Positions 1-8,003 of a stretch of DNA of 64,000 nt are shown here, in pieces. The stretch spans positions 39,094-103,093 of the forward strand of contig JAZQTV010000108.1 of NCBI GenBank assembly GCA_045630945.1. Reading direction: 5' to 3'. Origin of the DNA: Clostridia bacterium (GTDB taxonomy: Bacteria; Bacillota; Clostridia; Christensenellales; QALW01). The position numbers and the translations under genes are program-made. The notes under the pieces were generated by a model. The model searched no databases. It was given only the letters and a program-made list of their open reading frames with translations, and had not been told where the DNA came from. Position 1 is the stretch's first letter, and every line of letters starts with the position of its first letter.

Positions 1-281
1 TGACCGCCTGCAAGCTTGACCTCGCCTATTTTTATTACCTTTCCCGAAACGCTTGAATGCACGGGTGCTGAAACAAATTTATCACTATCGCCTATCTTCT
101 GCCCCACAGTAACGGTGTCACCAACCTTTACAAGCGGTGTGCACGGCGCACCGATGCATTGCTGCATAGGAATTATCACCATTTGGGGTACGGGCATACG
201 CACGGCAGAAAGCTCTTTCGTATTTTTGTTATGCGGTACGTGTATACCGCCTCGTGCCTTTTTTACGGCTTTTTCTGTCAT
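1..281 (-). CDS. rnfC: Electron transport complex subunit RnfC, N-terminal fragment (continues beyond window start)
   Basis: Own translation of the minus strand from ATG at 281-279 gives MTEKAVKKARGGIHVPHNKNTKELSAVRMPVPQMVIIPMQQCIGAPCTPLVKVGDTVTVGQKIGDSDKFVSAPVHSSVSGKVIKIGEVKLAGG. This is the typical RnfC N-terminal GGIHxxxxK...PxxG pattern. It is absent from the ORF track because there is no stop in the window. It overlaps the upstream gene by 4 nt. Confidence 0.7.
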   Translation of the reverse strand, partial: MTEKAVKKARGGIHVPHNKNTKELSAVRMPVPQMVIIPMQQCIGAPCTPLVKVGDTVTVGQKIGDSDKFVSAPVHSSVSGKVIKIGEVKLAGG

Positions 282-784
282 AACCTTTTCTCCCCTGTTT
301 TTTCTAAATACGGCTTAAGAATTTTAAGTGAAAAGCCTGTCACTAACCCCGAAGCAAGCGAAAACGCAAGCAATACGGGGGCGTAGTATATAAGTGCCGT
401 TGTACCTGTAAGCAGTATTGAAACACCAAGCTGTGCGGCATTATGCAATATTGCACCGATAATACATATCCCCACGATAGAAAAGGGACTTTTTTTCATT
501 TTATACAAAAGCACCGTTGACACAAATGAAAGTACACCGCCTGAAAGACTTAACAAGAATGCCACGAATCCTCGCGTTATAAGTGCAAACGCCGCCTTCA
601 GCACGGTAACGTATATTGCGCTTACCGCACCCGTAACCATTAACGCTGAAACAGTTACTATATTTGAAAGCCCCGGTTTTGCACCCGGCGGTAAAAACGG
701 CAGGTTGAACAGGCTTTCAAGAAAGGATACGGAGATTGCAAGCGCACCAAGTATTCCCCACAGGGCAATTTTTTTAGCCTTCAT
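278..784 (-). CDS. Gx transporter family membrane protein (heptaprenyl diphosphate synthase component I-like)
   Basis: 168-aa polytopic membrane protein (LPFLPPGAKPGLSNIVTV...). It has 4-nt overlaps with both neighbours. The ApbE / NusG-II / Gx-transporter synteny next to rnf is common in Clostridia. Confidence 0.6.
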   Translation of the reverse strand: MKAKKIALWGILGALAISVSFLESLFNLPFLPPGAKPGLSNIVTVSALMVTGAVSAIYVTVLKAAFALITRGFVAFLLSLSGGVLSFVSTVLLYKMKKSPFSIVGICIIGAILHNAAQLGVSILLTGTTALIYYAPVLLAFSLASGLVTGFSLKILKPYLEKTGEKRL

Positions 785-1149
785 CCCGTCACCCCGTCTA
801 TTAAAGCATCGTTTTTCGTTACCGTTATAACTATTTTATTGGGCACGCACGCTACCGTTGTGCCGCTTTTTTTAGCCGTTCCGCTTTTAACACAGGTCTT
901 ATCAGGGCAATCGGATTCAGTTATACTGATGCCCTCGCTTGTAATAAGAATGTGCACGTCACCGATTATTAGGGTTTCATCTGCTTGTATTTTATCAAGC
1001 GAAATCTCCTTATAAACCGCTCCGTCAACGTACACCGTTGCCTTATTGGCGGTATTGCCGTCGTTAAACAGCCACAGGCTGATAAGCACCGTCAATATCA
1101 AAAGAATAAGAACTATATCGGCAAGCTTCAGTATTTTAATATTTTTCAA
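781..1149 (-). CDS. NusG domain II-containing protein
   Basis: N-terminal TM helix followed by ...ITESDCPDKTCVKSGTAKKSGTTVACVPNKIVITV, the characteristic DCPDxxCV...CxPN motif of the NusG_II family. Confidence 0.65.
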   Translation of the reverse strand: MKNIKILKLADIVLILLILTVLISLWLFNDGNTANKATVYVDGAVYKEISLDKIQADETLIIGDVHILITSEGISITESDCPDKTCVKSGTAKKSGTTVACVPNKIVITVTKNDALIDGVTG

Positions 1150-2104
1150 GCGTTATATCACCCCATACCGAAATATTGCCGTTTTCTTCAATAAAAACGC
1201 CCTTTGCACCGTACTTAGACAAAAGCTGCTTTCCTTCTTCCATACCAAGCACGAAGCACGCCGTTGAAAGCGCATCACTTAACGCACCATTTTCGCATAT
1301 TACCGTTACAGATTCAAGTCCGGTTTCAGCAGGGTATCCGTTTTTTGCATCAAGAATATGATGATACCTTGTGCCGCCCTCCTCAAAATATCTTTCGTAC
1401 GTACCCGAGGTGGAAACACACCCCTCTTTTATTTTGAAGGTGCCTATATAACCGCTTTCGTTAAAGGGATCGCGTATCGCACACGTCCAGTACTCCTTTT
1501 CGGGATGCTTGCCATAAAACATTACGCTTCCGCCAACGGAAACGGTTGCACCGCTGACGTTTTCCTTTTTAAGAATTTCTTTTACTTTATCAAGTGCGTA
1601 TCCTTTTGTAATGCTTCCAAGATGCACCTTGCCGTTGCCTTCAAGCACAAGCTTGCCGTCTTTTATATGGGTGCACGTTTCTTTTGCGTTTTTAACCGCA
1701 TCAGCAAGCTCGTCACTATCGGGTATGCGCGCCCCGTCAAAGCCAATATTCCAAAGTGCTATAAGTTCGCCCAAAGTGTGAGAGTAAGCACCGTTTGATT
1801 TTTCAAAAACGTCTTGTGCGACGGTTACTTGCTCAATTAAATATTTATCCGTGCTTTCACCTTGCGCATTCAACAAGTTTACCGACGACGTATCAACGGT
1901 GTATGACGAAGCATTTTCTATCTTCTGAAGCTCATCACTTATCATTAAAAGCACTTCATCTTCCCCGCCGTACACCGAAACAGAAATAACGGTACCCATA
2001 CCCGTATATGTAACCGAATGCGTGTTCGGCCCAAAACATCCTGAAAGAAGTACCGTTACCGTTAAGAACAATATTAAGCATTTAAAAATTCTCAAATCTC
2101 TCAT
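1136..2104 (-). CDS. apbE: FAD:protein FMN transferase ApbE, lipoprotein
   Basis: The ORF runs 1136..2182, but the likely start is ATG at 2104 (MRDLRIFKCLILFLTVTVLLSGC, lipobox LSGC). The body shows ApbE-family motifs (GSITKGYALDKV, VSVGGS, AIRDP, VSTSGTYERYF, HHILD). Confidence 0.8.
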   Translation of the reverse strand: MRDLRIFKCLILFLTVTVLLSGCFGPNTHSVTYTGMGTVISVSVYGGEDEVLLMISDELQKIENASSYTVDTSSVNLLNAQGESTDKYLIEQVTVAQDVFEKSNGAYSHTLGELIALWNIGFDGARIPDSDELADAVKNAKETCTHIKDGKLVLEGNGKVHLGSITKGYALDKVKEILKKENVSGATVSVGGSVMFYGKHPEKEYWTCAIRDPFNESGYIGTFKIKEGCVSTSGTYERYFEEGGTRYHHILDAKNGYPAETGLESVTVICENGALSDALSTACFVLGMEEGKQLLSKYGAKGVFIEENGNISVWGDITLEKY

Positions 2105-2230
2105 AATTGTATTATATATTATAAAAAATGAAATTTCAATATTTTTTTGTGTGCATATATTGTCAAATGTAAAAAAATTCACCCCAAAATGTGCAAGGTT
2201 AGCGCAGAATTTACGGGATGCGTAATCATT

Positions 2231-2265
2231 AAAACAAAAAAGCTCTGTAATATAACTTACAGAGC
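2231..2265 (-). terminator. Intrinsic terminator downstream of ychF
   Basis: 9-bp stem gctctgtaa(2242-2250)/ttacagagc(2257-2265), followed on the minus strand by TTTTTTGTTTT. Confidence 0.6.
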
Positions 2266-2277
2266 CTTAATTTTTTA

Positions 2278-3366
2278 TTAAACGTTAAACCTGAATAACG
2301 TTATATCGCCATCCTGCATAACGTATTCCTTACCCTCGGAGCGTACAAGACCTTTTTCCTTTGCGGCAGTCATTGACTTATACTTCATAAATTCATCGTA
2401 AGCGATTATTTCGGCACGAATGAATCCCCTCTCAAAGTCAGAGTGAATCTTACCTGCCGCCTGAGGCGCCTTTGTGCCCTCGGTAATCGTCCATGCACGA
2501 ACCTCGCTTTCGCCTGCGGTAAGGAAGGATATAAGACCAAGAAGCTTATAGCTTGCTTTTACAAGGCGGTTAAGTCCGCTTTCTTCAAGGCCGTACTCTG
2601 CAAGGAACATCTCCTTTTCTTCCGGCTCAAGCTGTGAAAGCTCTTCCTCAATACGTGCGGAGATAACCATTACCTGATCCCCGTCCTTTTCCGCCAACTG
2701 CTTAAGTGCGGTAACACCGCTGTTTTCCTTGCCTATTTCATCCTCGGAAATATTTGCAGCATAAATTATCGGCTTTGTGGTAAGCAGGAAGAACGTTTTT
2801 GCAAGTGCCTGCTCATCCTTATTCATTTCCATACTGCGCACAGGCTTTTCATCCTGAAGCTGAAGAATCATCTTATTAAGAAGTTCAACCTCTTCCTGCG
2901 CGGTCTTATCGTTACCGCGTGCCGCCTTAATTGCCTTATCAAGACGCTTTTCGCAGGTTTCAAGGTCAGCCAATATAAGCTCAAGATTGATAGTTTCAAC
3001 GTCGCGGACAGGATCTATGGAGCCGTCAACGTGAATAATATCCGAATTTTCAAAGCAACGTACAACGTGCACGATTGCATCAACCTCACGGATATGCGAA
3101 AGGAACTTGTTGCCTAAGCCTTCACCCTTTGACGCACCGCGTACAAGACCTGCAATATCAACGAACTCAATAAACGCAGGGGTGTATTTCTTGGGATTAT
3201 ATATTTTTGCAAGCTCGTCAAGCCTGTTATCAGGCACGGAAACAACGCCCACGTTAGGCTCAATAGTGCAGAACGGGTAGTTTGCCGCTTCTGCGCCTGC
3301 ATTTGTAATAGCATTAAAAAGTGTACTTTTACCAACGTTAGGTAATCCTACAACACCTAATTTCAT
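2278..3366 (-). CDS. ychF: Redox-regulated ribosome-binding ATPase YchF
   Basis: Start taken at ATG 3366 ([20 protein letters not shown]-loop). It also shows [25 protein letters not shown] and the C-terminal TGS-like ...[13 protein letters not shown]. The ORF-track N-terminal extension to 3462 is rejected. Confidence 0.9.
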   Translation of the reverse strand: MKLGVVGLPNVGKSTLFNAITNAGAEAANYPFCTIEPNVGVVSVPDNRLDELAKIYNPKKYTPAFIEFVDIAGLVRGASKGEGLGNKFLSHIREVDAIVHVVRCFENSDIIHVDGSIDPVRDVETINLELILADLETCEKRLDKAIKAARGNDKTAQEEVELLNKMILQLQDEKPVRSMEMNKDEQALAKTFFLLTTKPIIYAANISEDEIGKENSGVTALKQLAEKDGDQVMVISARIEEELSQLEPEEKEMFLAEYGLEESGLNRLVKASYKLLGLISFLTAGESEVRAWTITEGTKAPQAAGKIHSDFERGFIRAEIIAYDEFMKYKSMTAAKEKGLVRSEGKEYVMQDGDITLFRFNV

Positions 3367-3519
3367 AATCTTTACTTCTCCCTGTAATATTATACTCGTT
3401 AAGTATATCACATTGCACTCTTTTTCACAAGTGATTTTAAACAACAACCTGTTAAAAGCCATAATAAAAATAACGTTTGACTTATAATCGGTTTAGATAT
3501 ACAATTAAATAAAATTGAT

Positions 3520-3630
3520 GCAGAGTAGACGGTATGCGCTGAAGCAAATTGCTTCTTTAGTGTTATGGGATGGGAAGTTGCCCGTAAACAAGTAATCGAA
3601 AGATTTGTGATATACCGTTGCATCCGCTGC
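3520..3630 (+). promoter_or_regulatory. THF (tetrahydrofolate) riboswitch upstream of folT-folC
   Basis: 5' GCAGAGUAGACGGUAUGCGC ... AUGGGAUGGGAAG ... GUGAUAUACCGUUGCAUCCGCUGC 3'. P1 is GCAG/CUGC and P2 is ACGGUAU/AUACCGU. The conserved AGAGUAG and UUGCAUCCGC boxes match the THF-I consensus. A downstream hairpin (3658-3684) can sequester the RBS AAAGGAGA. Confidence 0.8.
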
Positions 3631-3691
3631 AGGATGTTATAGCCGTTTTGGCTACACTACTCTCCTTCATTTTATGAAAGGAGATTTTTTT

Positions 3692-4213
3692 ATGGCTTCG
3701 TATAAAAAAACACGCGTGCTTGTTGCTTCGGCACTTTTGTGCGCAATAAGCATTATTATGGGAAAATTCTTGCAAATTCCCGTGGGCGAATCCTTGCGCT
3801 TTAGTTTTGAGAACACTCCGCTTTTTTTAGCAGGATTTATGTTTGGGCCGTGGGTGGGCGCACTTACCGCACTTGCCGCCGACGTATTGGGCAGCATTTT
3901 AAGGGGATATACCATCAACCTTTACATCACCTTAGGCGCGGTACTTATAGGCTTCGTAAGCGGAACAGTATTCTTACTTTTAAAAAAGACTCCCGTTATT
4001 TTAAAGATTGCTTTAGCGGTGTCGATTTCTTACGCTTTGGGCGCAGTATTAGTAAAAACCATAGGTCTTTCGCATATGTACGGCACACCTTATCACGCAC
4101 TTCTTTTAATGCGCACGGTGAATTACGCCATAATGTTTGTTGTTGATGCCGCGGTGCTTTGTTTTCTTTATAAGAACCGCACTTTTAAAAAGCTATTGGG
4201 GTCGTTTAAATGA
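3692..4213 (+). CDS. folT: Folate-family ECF transporter S component
   Basis: Start taken at ATG 3692 (MASYKKTRV...), 8 nt after the AAAGGAG RBS. It is a polytopic membrane protein (FENTPLFLAGFMFGPWVGAL) lying behind a THF riboswitch, with a 4-nt overlap with folC. Confidence 0.75.
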   Translation: MASYKKTRVLVASALLCAISIIMGKFLQIPVGESLRFSFENTPLFLAGFMFGPWVGALTALAADVLGSILRGYTINLYITLGAVLIGFVSGTVFLLLKKTPVILKIALAVSISYALGAVLVKTIGLSHMYGTPYHALLLMRTVNYAIMFVVDAAVLCFLYKNRTFKKLLGSFK

Positions 4214-5460
4214 ATTATACTGAAGCACTTGAATATATACATTCTATAAATTGGACGTTCTGTAAGCCCGGTCTTGAACGAATAAAATTGCTTTGCGATG
4301 CACTTGGCAATCCTGAAAGCAAGCTTAAGTTCATTCACGTTGCAGGCACAAACGGTAAAGGTTCATTCTGCGCAATGCTTGAAAGCATACTTCGTAATGC
4401 AGGCTATAAAACAGGTCTTTTTACCTCGCCTTACATAAAGGTGTTTAACGAGCGTATGCAGGTAAACGGCAAGATGATCGGTGACGATGAGCTTGCAGAA
4501 ATCACCGCATACGTTAAGCCTATTGCCGACGGTATGAAGGATAAGCCTACTGAATTTGAGCTTATTACCGCCATTGGCTTTGAATACTTCAAGCGCAATG
4601 TCTGTGACGTGGTAATTCTTGAGGCGGGAATGGGCGGAAGGCTTGATTCCACCAACATAATAACCACGCCCGTTTTATCGGTAATTACAGGAATCGCACT
4701 TGACCACACCGCATTTTTAGGTGATACCGTGGAAGCTATTGCCAAGGAAAAGGCAGGTATTATAAAAGACGGTATTCCTGTTTTATACGGCGGAAGGGAC
4801 GAAAGCGCAAGAGCGGTAATAGAAGATACTGCAAAAGAAAAAAACAGCGAATTTTTTACGGTAGAGCACAGTAATCTTTTAATAAAGCAAACCTCGCTTG
4901 AGGGTACTCTGTTTGATTTTAACGGGTATAAGGATATGCGTGTGAGCCTTCTTGGCACGTATCAGCCCGAAAACGCATGCGCAGTATTAAGCGCGGTTGA
5001 TATTCTTAAAAAACAAGGTTTTAACGTTTCTAAAGAAAGCATAAAAGCAGGCTTATTAACGGCAAAATGGCCTGCACGCTTTGAAATACTCTGCCGCGAC
5101 CCGCTAATTATTTTTGACGGCGCCCATAATCCGCAGGGTATTGATGCTTCGGTTGAAAGCATTAAAACGTACTTTAAGGATAAAAGAGTGCTTGTAATGA
5201 CAGGTGTTTTGAAGGACAAGGATTACTATTACATTGCACGCCGCCTTAAAGAAGTAACCGACACCGCCTTTGTTTTCACCCCTGAAAACCCCCGTGCGCT
5301 TTCAAAGGAAGAGTACGCAGGCGTATTAAACAAGTGCGCTATTTCTGCCGTTACGTTTAACACTATCGGTGAAGCGTTTGAATACGGAAAAAAAGAAGCA
5401 CAGCGCCTTCAGATGCCGTTTATGATACTCGGCTCCCTTTACACCTACGCTTTTATTTAA
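4210..5460 (+). CDS. folC: Bifunctional folylpolyglutamate synthase / dihydrofolate synthase
   Basis: HVAGTNGKGS P-loop, SPYI..FNERM, ILEAGMGGRLDSTN and FDGAHNPQG are Mur-ligase/FolC signatures. Confidence 0.85.
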   Translation: MNYTEALEYIHSINWTFCKPGLERIKLLCDALGNPESKLKFIHVAGTNGKGSFCAMLESILRNAGYKTGLFTSPYIKVFNERMQVNGKMIGDDELAEITAYVKPIADGMKDKPTEFELITAIGFEYFKRNVCDVVILEAGMGGRLDSTNIITTPVLSVITGIALDHTAFLGDTVEAIAKEKAGIIKDGIPVLYGGRDESARAVIEDTAKEKNSEFFTVEHSNLLIKQTSLEGTLFDFNGYKDMRVSLLGTYQPENACAVLSAVDILKKQGFNVSKESIKAGLLTAKWPARFEILCRDPLIIFDGAHNPQGIDASVESIKTYFKDKRVLVMTGVLKDKDYYYIARRLKEVTDTAFVFTPENPRALSKEEYAGVLNKCAISAVTFNTIGEAFEYGKKEAQRLQMPFMILGSLYTYAFI

Positions 5461-5499
5461 TTTTTATTGACATTCGTTTTTAACGGATGTATAATTATA

Positions 5500-5665
5500 T
5501 TGCTTCGGGGCAGGGCGAAATTCCCTGACCGGTGGTTATAGTCCACGAGCCTGCTTGGCTGATGCGGTGGAATTCCGCAACCGACGGTACAGTCCGGATG
5601 AGAGAATTGCTTATTTAAGTTATTTTTGGAATTCCCCCAAGCTTTTTTGGGGGAATTCTTTTTTT
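5500..5665 (+). promoter_or_regulatory. FMN riboswitch (RFN element) with terminator expression platform
   Basis: CUUCGGGGCAGGGCGAAAUUCCCUGACCGGUGGU...AGUCCACGAGC...GAUGCGGUGGAAUUCCGCAACCGACGGU.CAGUCCGGAUGAGAGAA matches the RFN consensus. It is followed by hairpin GGAAUUCCCCCA/UGGGGGAAUUC (5628-5658) and a U7 run. Confidence 0.85.
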
Positions 5666-5677
5666 AAGGAGATATTT

Positions 5678-6268
5678 ATGAAAAACACACGCAAGCTTAT
5701 TGTAACTGCATTATTTTCGGCAATCAGTTATATTCTGATGCTTTTGGAATTTCCTTTGCCGTTTATTATCCCAAGTTTTATTCAGTTTGATTTTTCCGAG
5801 CTTCCTGCTTTAATCTGCTCATTTAGTATGGGGCCGTTGTGGGGTGCGCTGGTTTGCATTATAAAGAACGTTTTGCACGGCTTTTCTTCCTCAACAATGT
5901 GGGCAGGCGAGCTTTCAAATATGCTTTTAGGTCTTTGCTTTGTTGTTCCTGCAGGACTTATTTACAAAAAGTATCAGAGCCGTAAAAGTGCGCTTATCGG
6001 TTGCATTATCGGTGCATTTTCAACTGCGGTGTTAAGCATATTTATCAATTATTTTGTAACCTACCCCGTTTATATGCGGTTGTTTATGCCCGAATCGGTA
6101 ATTTTAGGTATGTATCAACAACTTTTGCCAAGCGTACATAGCCTTTTAAGTGCAATCCTTATTTTTAATACCCCCTTCAATTTTGCCAAGTATATGGTTA
6201 TTGCATTGATAACCTTTGTGATATACAAAAAGCTTTCACCGGTAATTAAAGGAATAAAAAATAAATAA
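5678..6268 (+). CDS. ribU: Riboflavin ECF transporter S component
   Basis: Start taken at ATG 5678 (MKNTRKLIVTALFSAISYILMLLEFPLP...), 7 nt after the AGGAG RBS. It is a membrane protein directly behind the FMN riboswitch. The ORF-track extension from 5555 lies inside the riboswitch. Confidence 0.75.
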   Translation: MKNTRKLIVTALFSAISYILMLLEFPLPFIIPSFIQFDFSELPALICSFSMGPLWGALVCIIKNVLHGFSSSTMWAGELSNMLLGLCFVVPAGLIYKKYQSRKSALIGCIIGAFSTAVLSIFINYFVTYPVYMRLFMPESVILGMYQQLLPSVHSLLSAILIFNTPFNFAKYMVIALITFVIYKKLSPVIKGIKNK

Positions 6269-6279
6269 CGCTAATCAAG

Positions 6280-6307
6280 CCGATATGCAAAAGCATATCG
6301 GTTTTTT
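6280..6307 (+). terminator. Intrinsic terminator after ribU
   Basis: ccgatatgc-aaaa-gcatatcgg followed by tttttt. Confidence 0.7.
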
Positions 6308-6372
6308 GTATATAATTCCAATTTAAGCGCATAATAACCTTTGCACCGCTACATATCAAGCGGAGGGAATTT

Positions 6373-7149
6373 ATGCAATATTCAGGCAAAGTAAAAATAT
6401 GCGGTGTAGATACTTCAAAGCTTCCGCGCTTAAAGCAAAAGGAAGCGGTTTTACTTATGGAAAAAATCAAGCAGGGTGACGAGGAAGCAAAGGAGAGGTT
6501 TATTTATTCAAACCTGCGCCTTGTGCTTTCGGTGGTGCAACGCTTTCTTGGGCGAAGTGAAACACCTGACGATTTGTTTCAGGTGGGCACCATCGGACTT
6601 ATTAAGGCGGTAAAGAACTTTGATTTAAGCCACAACGTTAAGTTTTCAACCTATGCGGTGCCCATGATAATCGGCGAAATACGTCGGTTTCTTCGGGATA
6701 ACAACAGTATTCGTGTAAGCCGTTCAATGCGCGATCTTGCGTACAAGGCAATGCAGTTACGGGAAAACCTGTACACACGCTACAACCGTGAAATCACAAA
6801 CGAAGAGCTTGCAAAGGCACTTGAGGTCCCCCTTTTCGACCTTGAAAACGCCCTTGAAGCCGTTACCGATCCCATATCCATATTCGAGCCTGTTTTTAAC
6901 GACGGAAGCGAGCAGGTGTTTATTCTTGACCAGATAAGCGATATAAAACAAAGTGACAGGCGTTGGACTGAGCAGATAGCCTTAAAAGAAGCCTTATCAA
7001 AGCTTGATAGCCGTGAATACAGTATAATTAAAATGCGGTATTTTTCAGGAAAAACACAAATGGAAATTGCTTCTGAAATCGGTATTTCGCAGGCGCAGGT
7101 TTCGCGGCTTGAAAAAAGCGCGCTTCAGCATATCAAAAAGCTTATGTAA
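6373..7149 (+). CDS. sigG: Sporulation (forespore) RNA polymerase sigma factor SigG
   Basis: KICGVDTSKLPRLKQKE...NLRLVLSVVQRF..R.E..DDLFQVGTIGLIKAVKNFD...VKFSTYAVPMIIGEIRRFLRDNNSIRVSRSMRD is near-diagnostic of SigG/SigF-group sigmas. The N-terminal CGVDTSKLP favours SigG. Confidence 0.8.
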   Translation: MQYSGKVKICGVDTSKLPRLKQKEAVLLMEKIKQGDEEAKERFIYSNLRLVLSVVQRFLGRSETPDDLFQVGTIGLIKAVKNFDLSHNVKFSTYAVPMIIGEIRRFLRDNNSIRVSRSMRDLAYKAMQLRENLYTRYNREITNEELAKALEVPLFDLENALEAVTDPISIFEPVFNDGSEQVFILDQISDIKQSDRRWTEQIALKEALSKLDSREYSIIKMRYFSGKTQMEIASEIGISQAQVSRLEKSALQHIKKLM

Positions 7150-7159
7150 AAGGAGCTTT

Positions 7160-7717
7160 ATGAAATATATACCCAATCTTCTTTCTTTTTTACGGTTAGC
7201 CTTATGCCCTGCTTTTATATGGGCATTTTTTAATCTTTCGTCGCAAACAGCGTTTTTTATTTTTTTGACTGCTTCGTTACTTGACGTTATCGACGGCTTT
7301 ATTGCAAGAAAATTTGATGCGGTTTCCAGCCTTGGAAAAATTCTTGACCCCGTTGCCGATAAGGTGCTTCAGCTTTCCGCACTCGTTTGCTTTACTCTTA
7401 AAGGAAGCATTCCTTATTTTGCGGTGCTTATAATTGTTTTAAAGGAGCTTTTTATGCTTATCGGCGGCGGAATTATTTCAAAAAAGCAGGGAGATATGGT
7501 GTATTCAAACACGTTTGGGAAGATATCCTCATTTTGCACCTCGTTTTCATTATGCCTGCTGTTTTTTATCGATGATTTTCTTAAGCCGTCAGCGTGGTTT
7601 GTTTATATTATTCTCTATTTTTCGTTGGTTTTAAGTGTTATTTCCCTGATACAGTACGGTATCGGCACTTTATCTAAAGAAAAAGCCGCAAAAATAAAAA
7701 ATCAGTTGCTAAAATAG
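7160..7717 (+). CDS. pgsA: CDP-alcohol phosphatidyltransferase (CDP-diacylglycerol--glycerol-3-phosphate 3-phosphatidyltransferase-like)
   Basis: Start at ATG 7160 (MKYIPNLLSFLRL) after the AGGAG RBS. The motif DVIDGFIARKF....S.LGKILDPVADK is the CDP-OH_P_transferase DGxxAR...G...D...D signature. Confidence 0.7.
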   Translation: MKYIPNLLSFLRLALCPAFIWAFFNLSSQTAFFIFLTASLLDVIDGFIARKFDAVSSLGKILDPVADKVLQLSALVCFTLKGSIPYFAVLIIVLKELFMLIGGGIISKKQGDMVYSNTFGKISSFCTSFSLCLLFFIDDFLKPSAWFVYIILYFSLVLSVISLIQYGIGTLSKEKAAKIKNQLLK

Positions 7718-7744
7718 ATAATATATAGTATACTTAACGGGTAA

Positions 7745-7988
7745 TATTATGCACGTTGAAAAAGAGGAGTAAAGGCCGTTTTGCTTTTAAAGAGAGTGCC
7801 CCATTGGCTGAAAGGGCATACTGCATACGCCTTGAAGGTAGCTTTGGAGTGCTTTGGGTGAACGTTTATTCAGTAGCCCAAACGGTAAGGTGACCGTTAC
7901 ATCCCGTTAAGTGCCGATTTTTTCGGAATTAAGGTGGTACCGCGTTAATTATGTAACGTCCTTTTTTATAAGGGCGTTTTATTTTTTT
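7745..7988 (+). promoter_or_regulatory. T-box leader (tRNA-sensing riboswitch) upstream of valS
   Basis: AGAGAG stem-I motif at about 7791. The conserved T-box sequence AAUUAAGGUGGUACCGCG lies at 7927-7944. A terminator hairpin lies at 7955-7978 with a U-run to 7988. A GUA (Val) codon at 7838-7840 in context GAAG-GUA-G is a tentative specifier. Confidence 0.8.
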
Positions 7989-8003
7989 AAGGAGAGAGAT
8001 TTT

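Noticed and set aside
16-318. 100-aa plus-strand ORF at the window start
   Set aside because: It is a shadow ORF antisense to the rnfC N-terminal fragment, and it has low-complexity composition and no RBS.
1358-1798. 146-aa plus-strand ORF
   Set aside because: It lies antisense within apbE, and the apbE frame carries clear family motifs.
3408-3918. Minus-strand ORFs of 71, 70 and 83 aa around the THF riboswitch and folT start
   Set aside because: They overlap a recognisable riboswitch or the folT coding frame, and they have no RBS and no motifs.
4431-4958. 175-aa minus-strand ORF
   Set aside because: It lies antisense within folC and has the Ser/Pro/Ile-rich composition typical of shadow frames.
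5555-5677. N-terminal extension of ribU in the ORF track
   Set aside because: It lies inside the FMN riboswitch and its terminator. A proper RBS precedes ATG 5678.
7911-8003. N-terminal extension of valS in the ORF track
   Set aside because: It covers the T-box sequence and terminator. The canonical ValRS N-terminus starts at ATG 8004 after GGAGAG.
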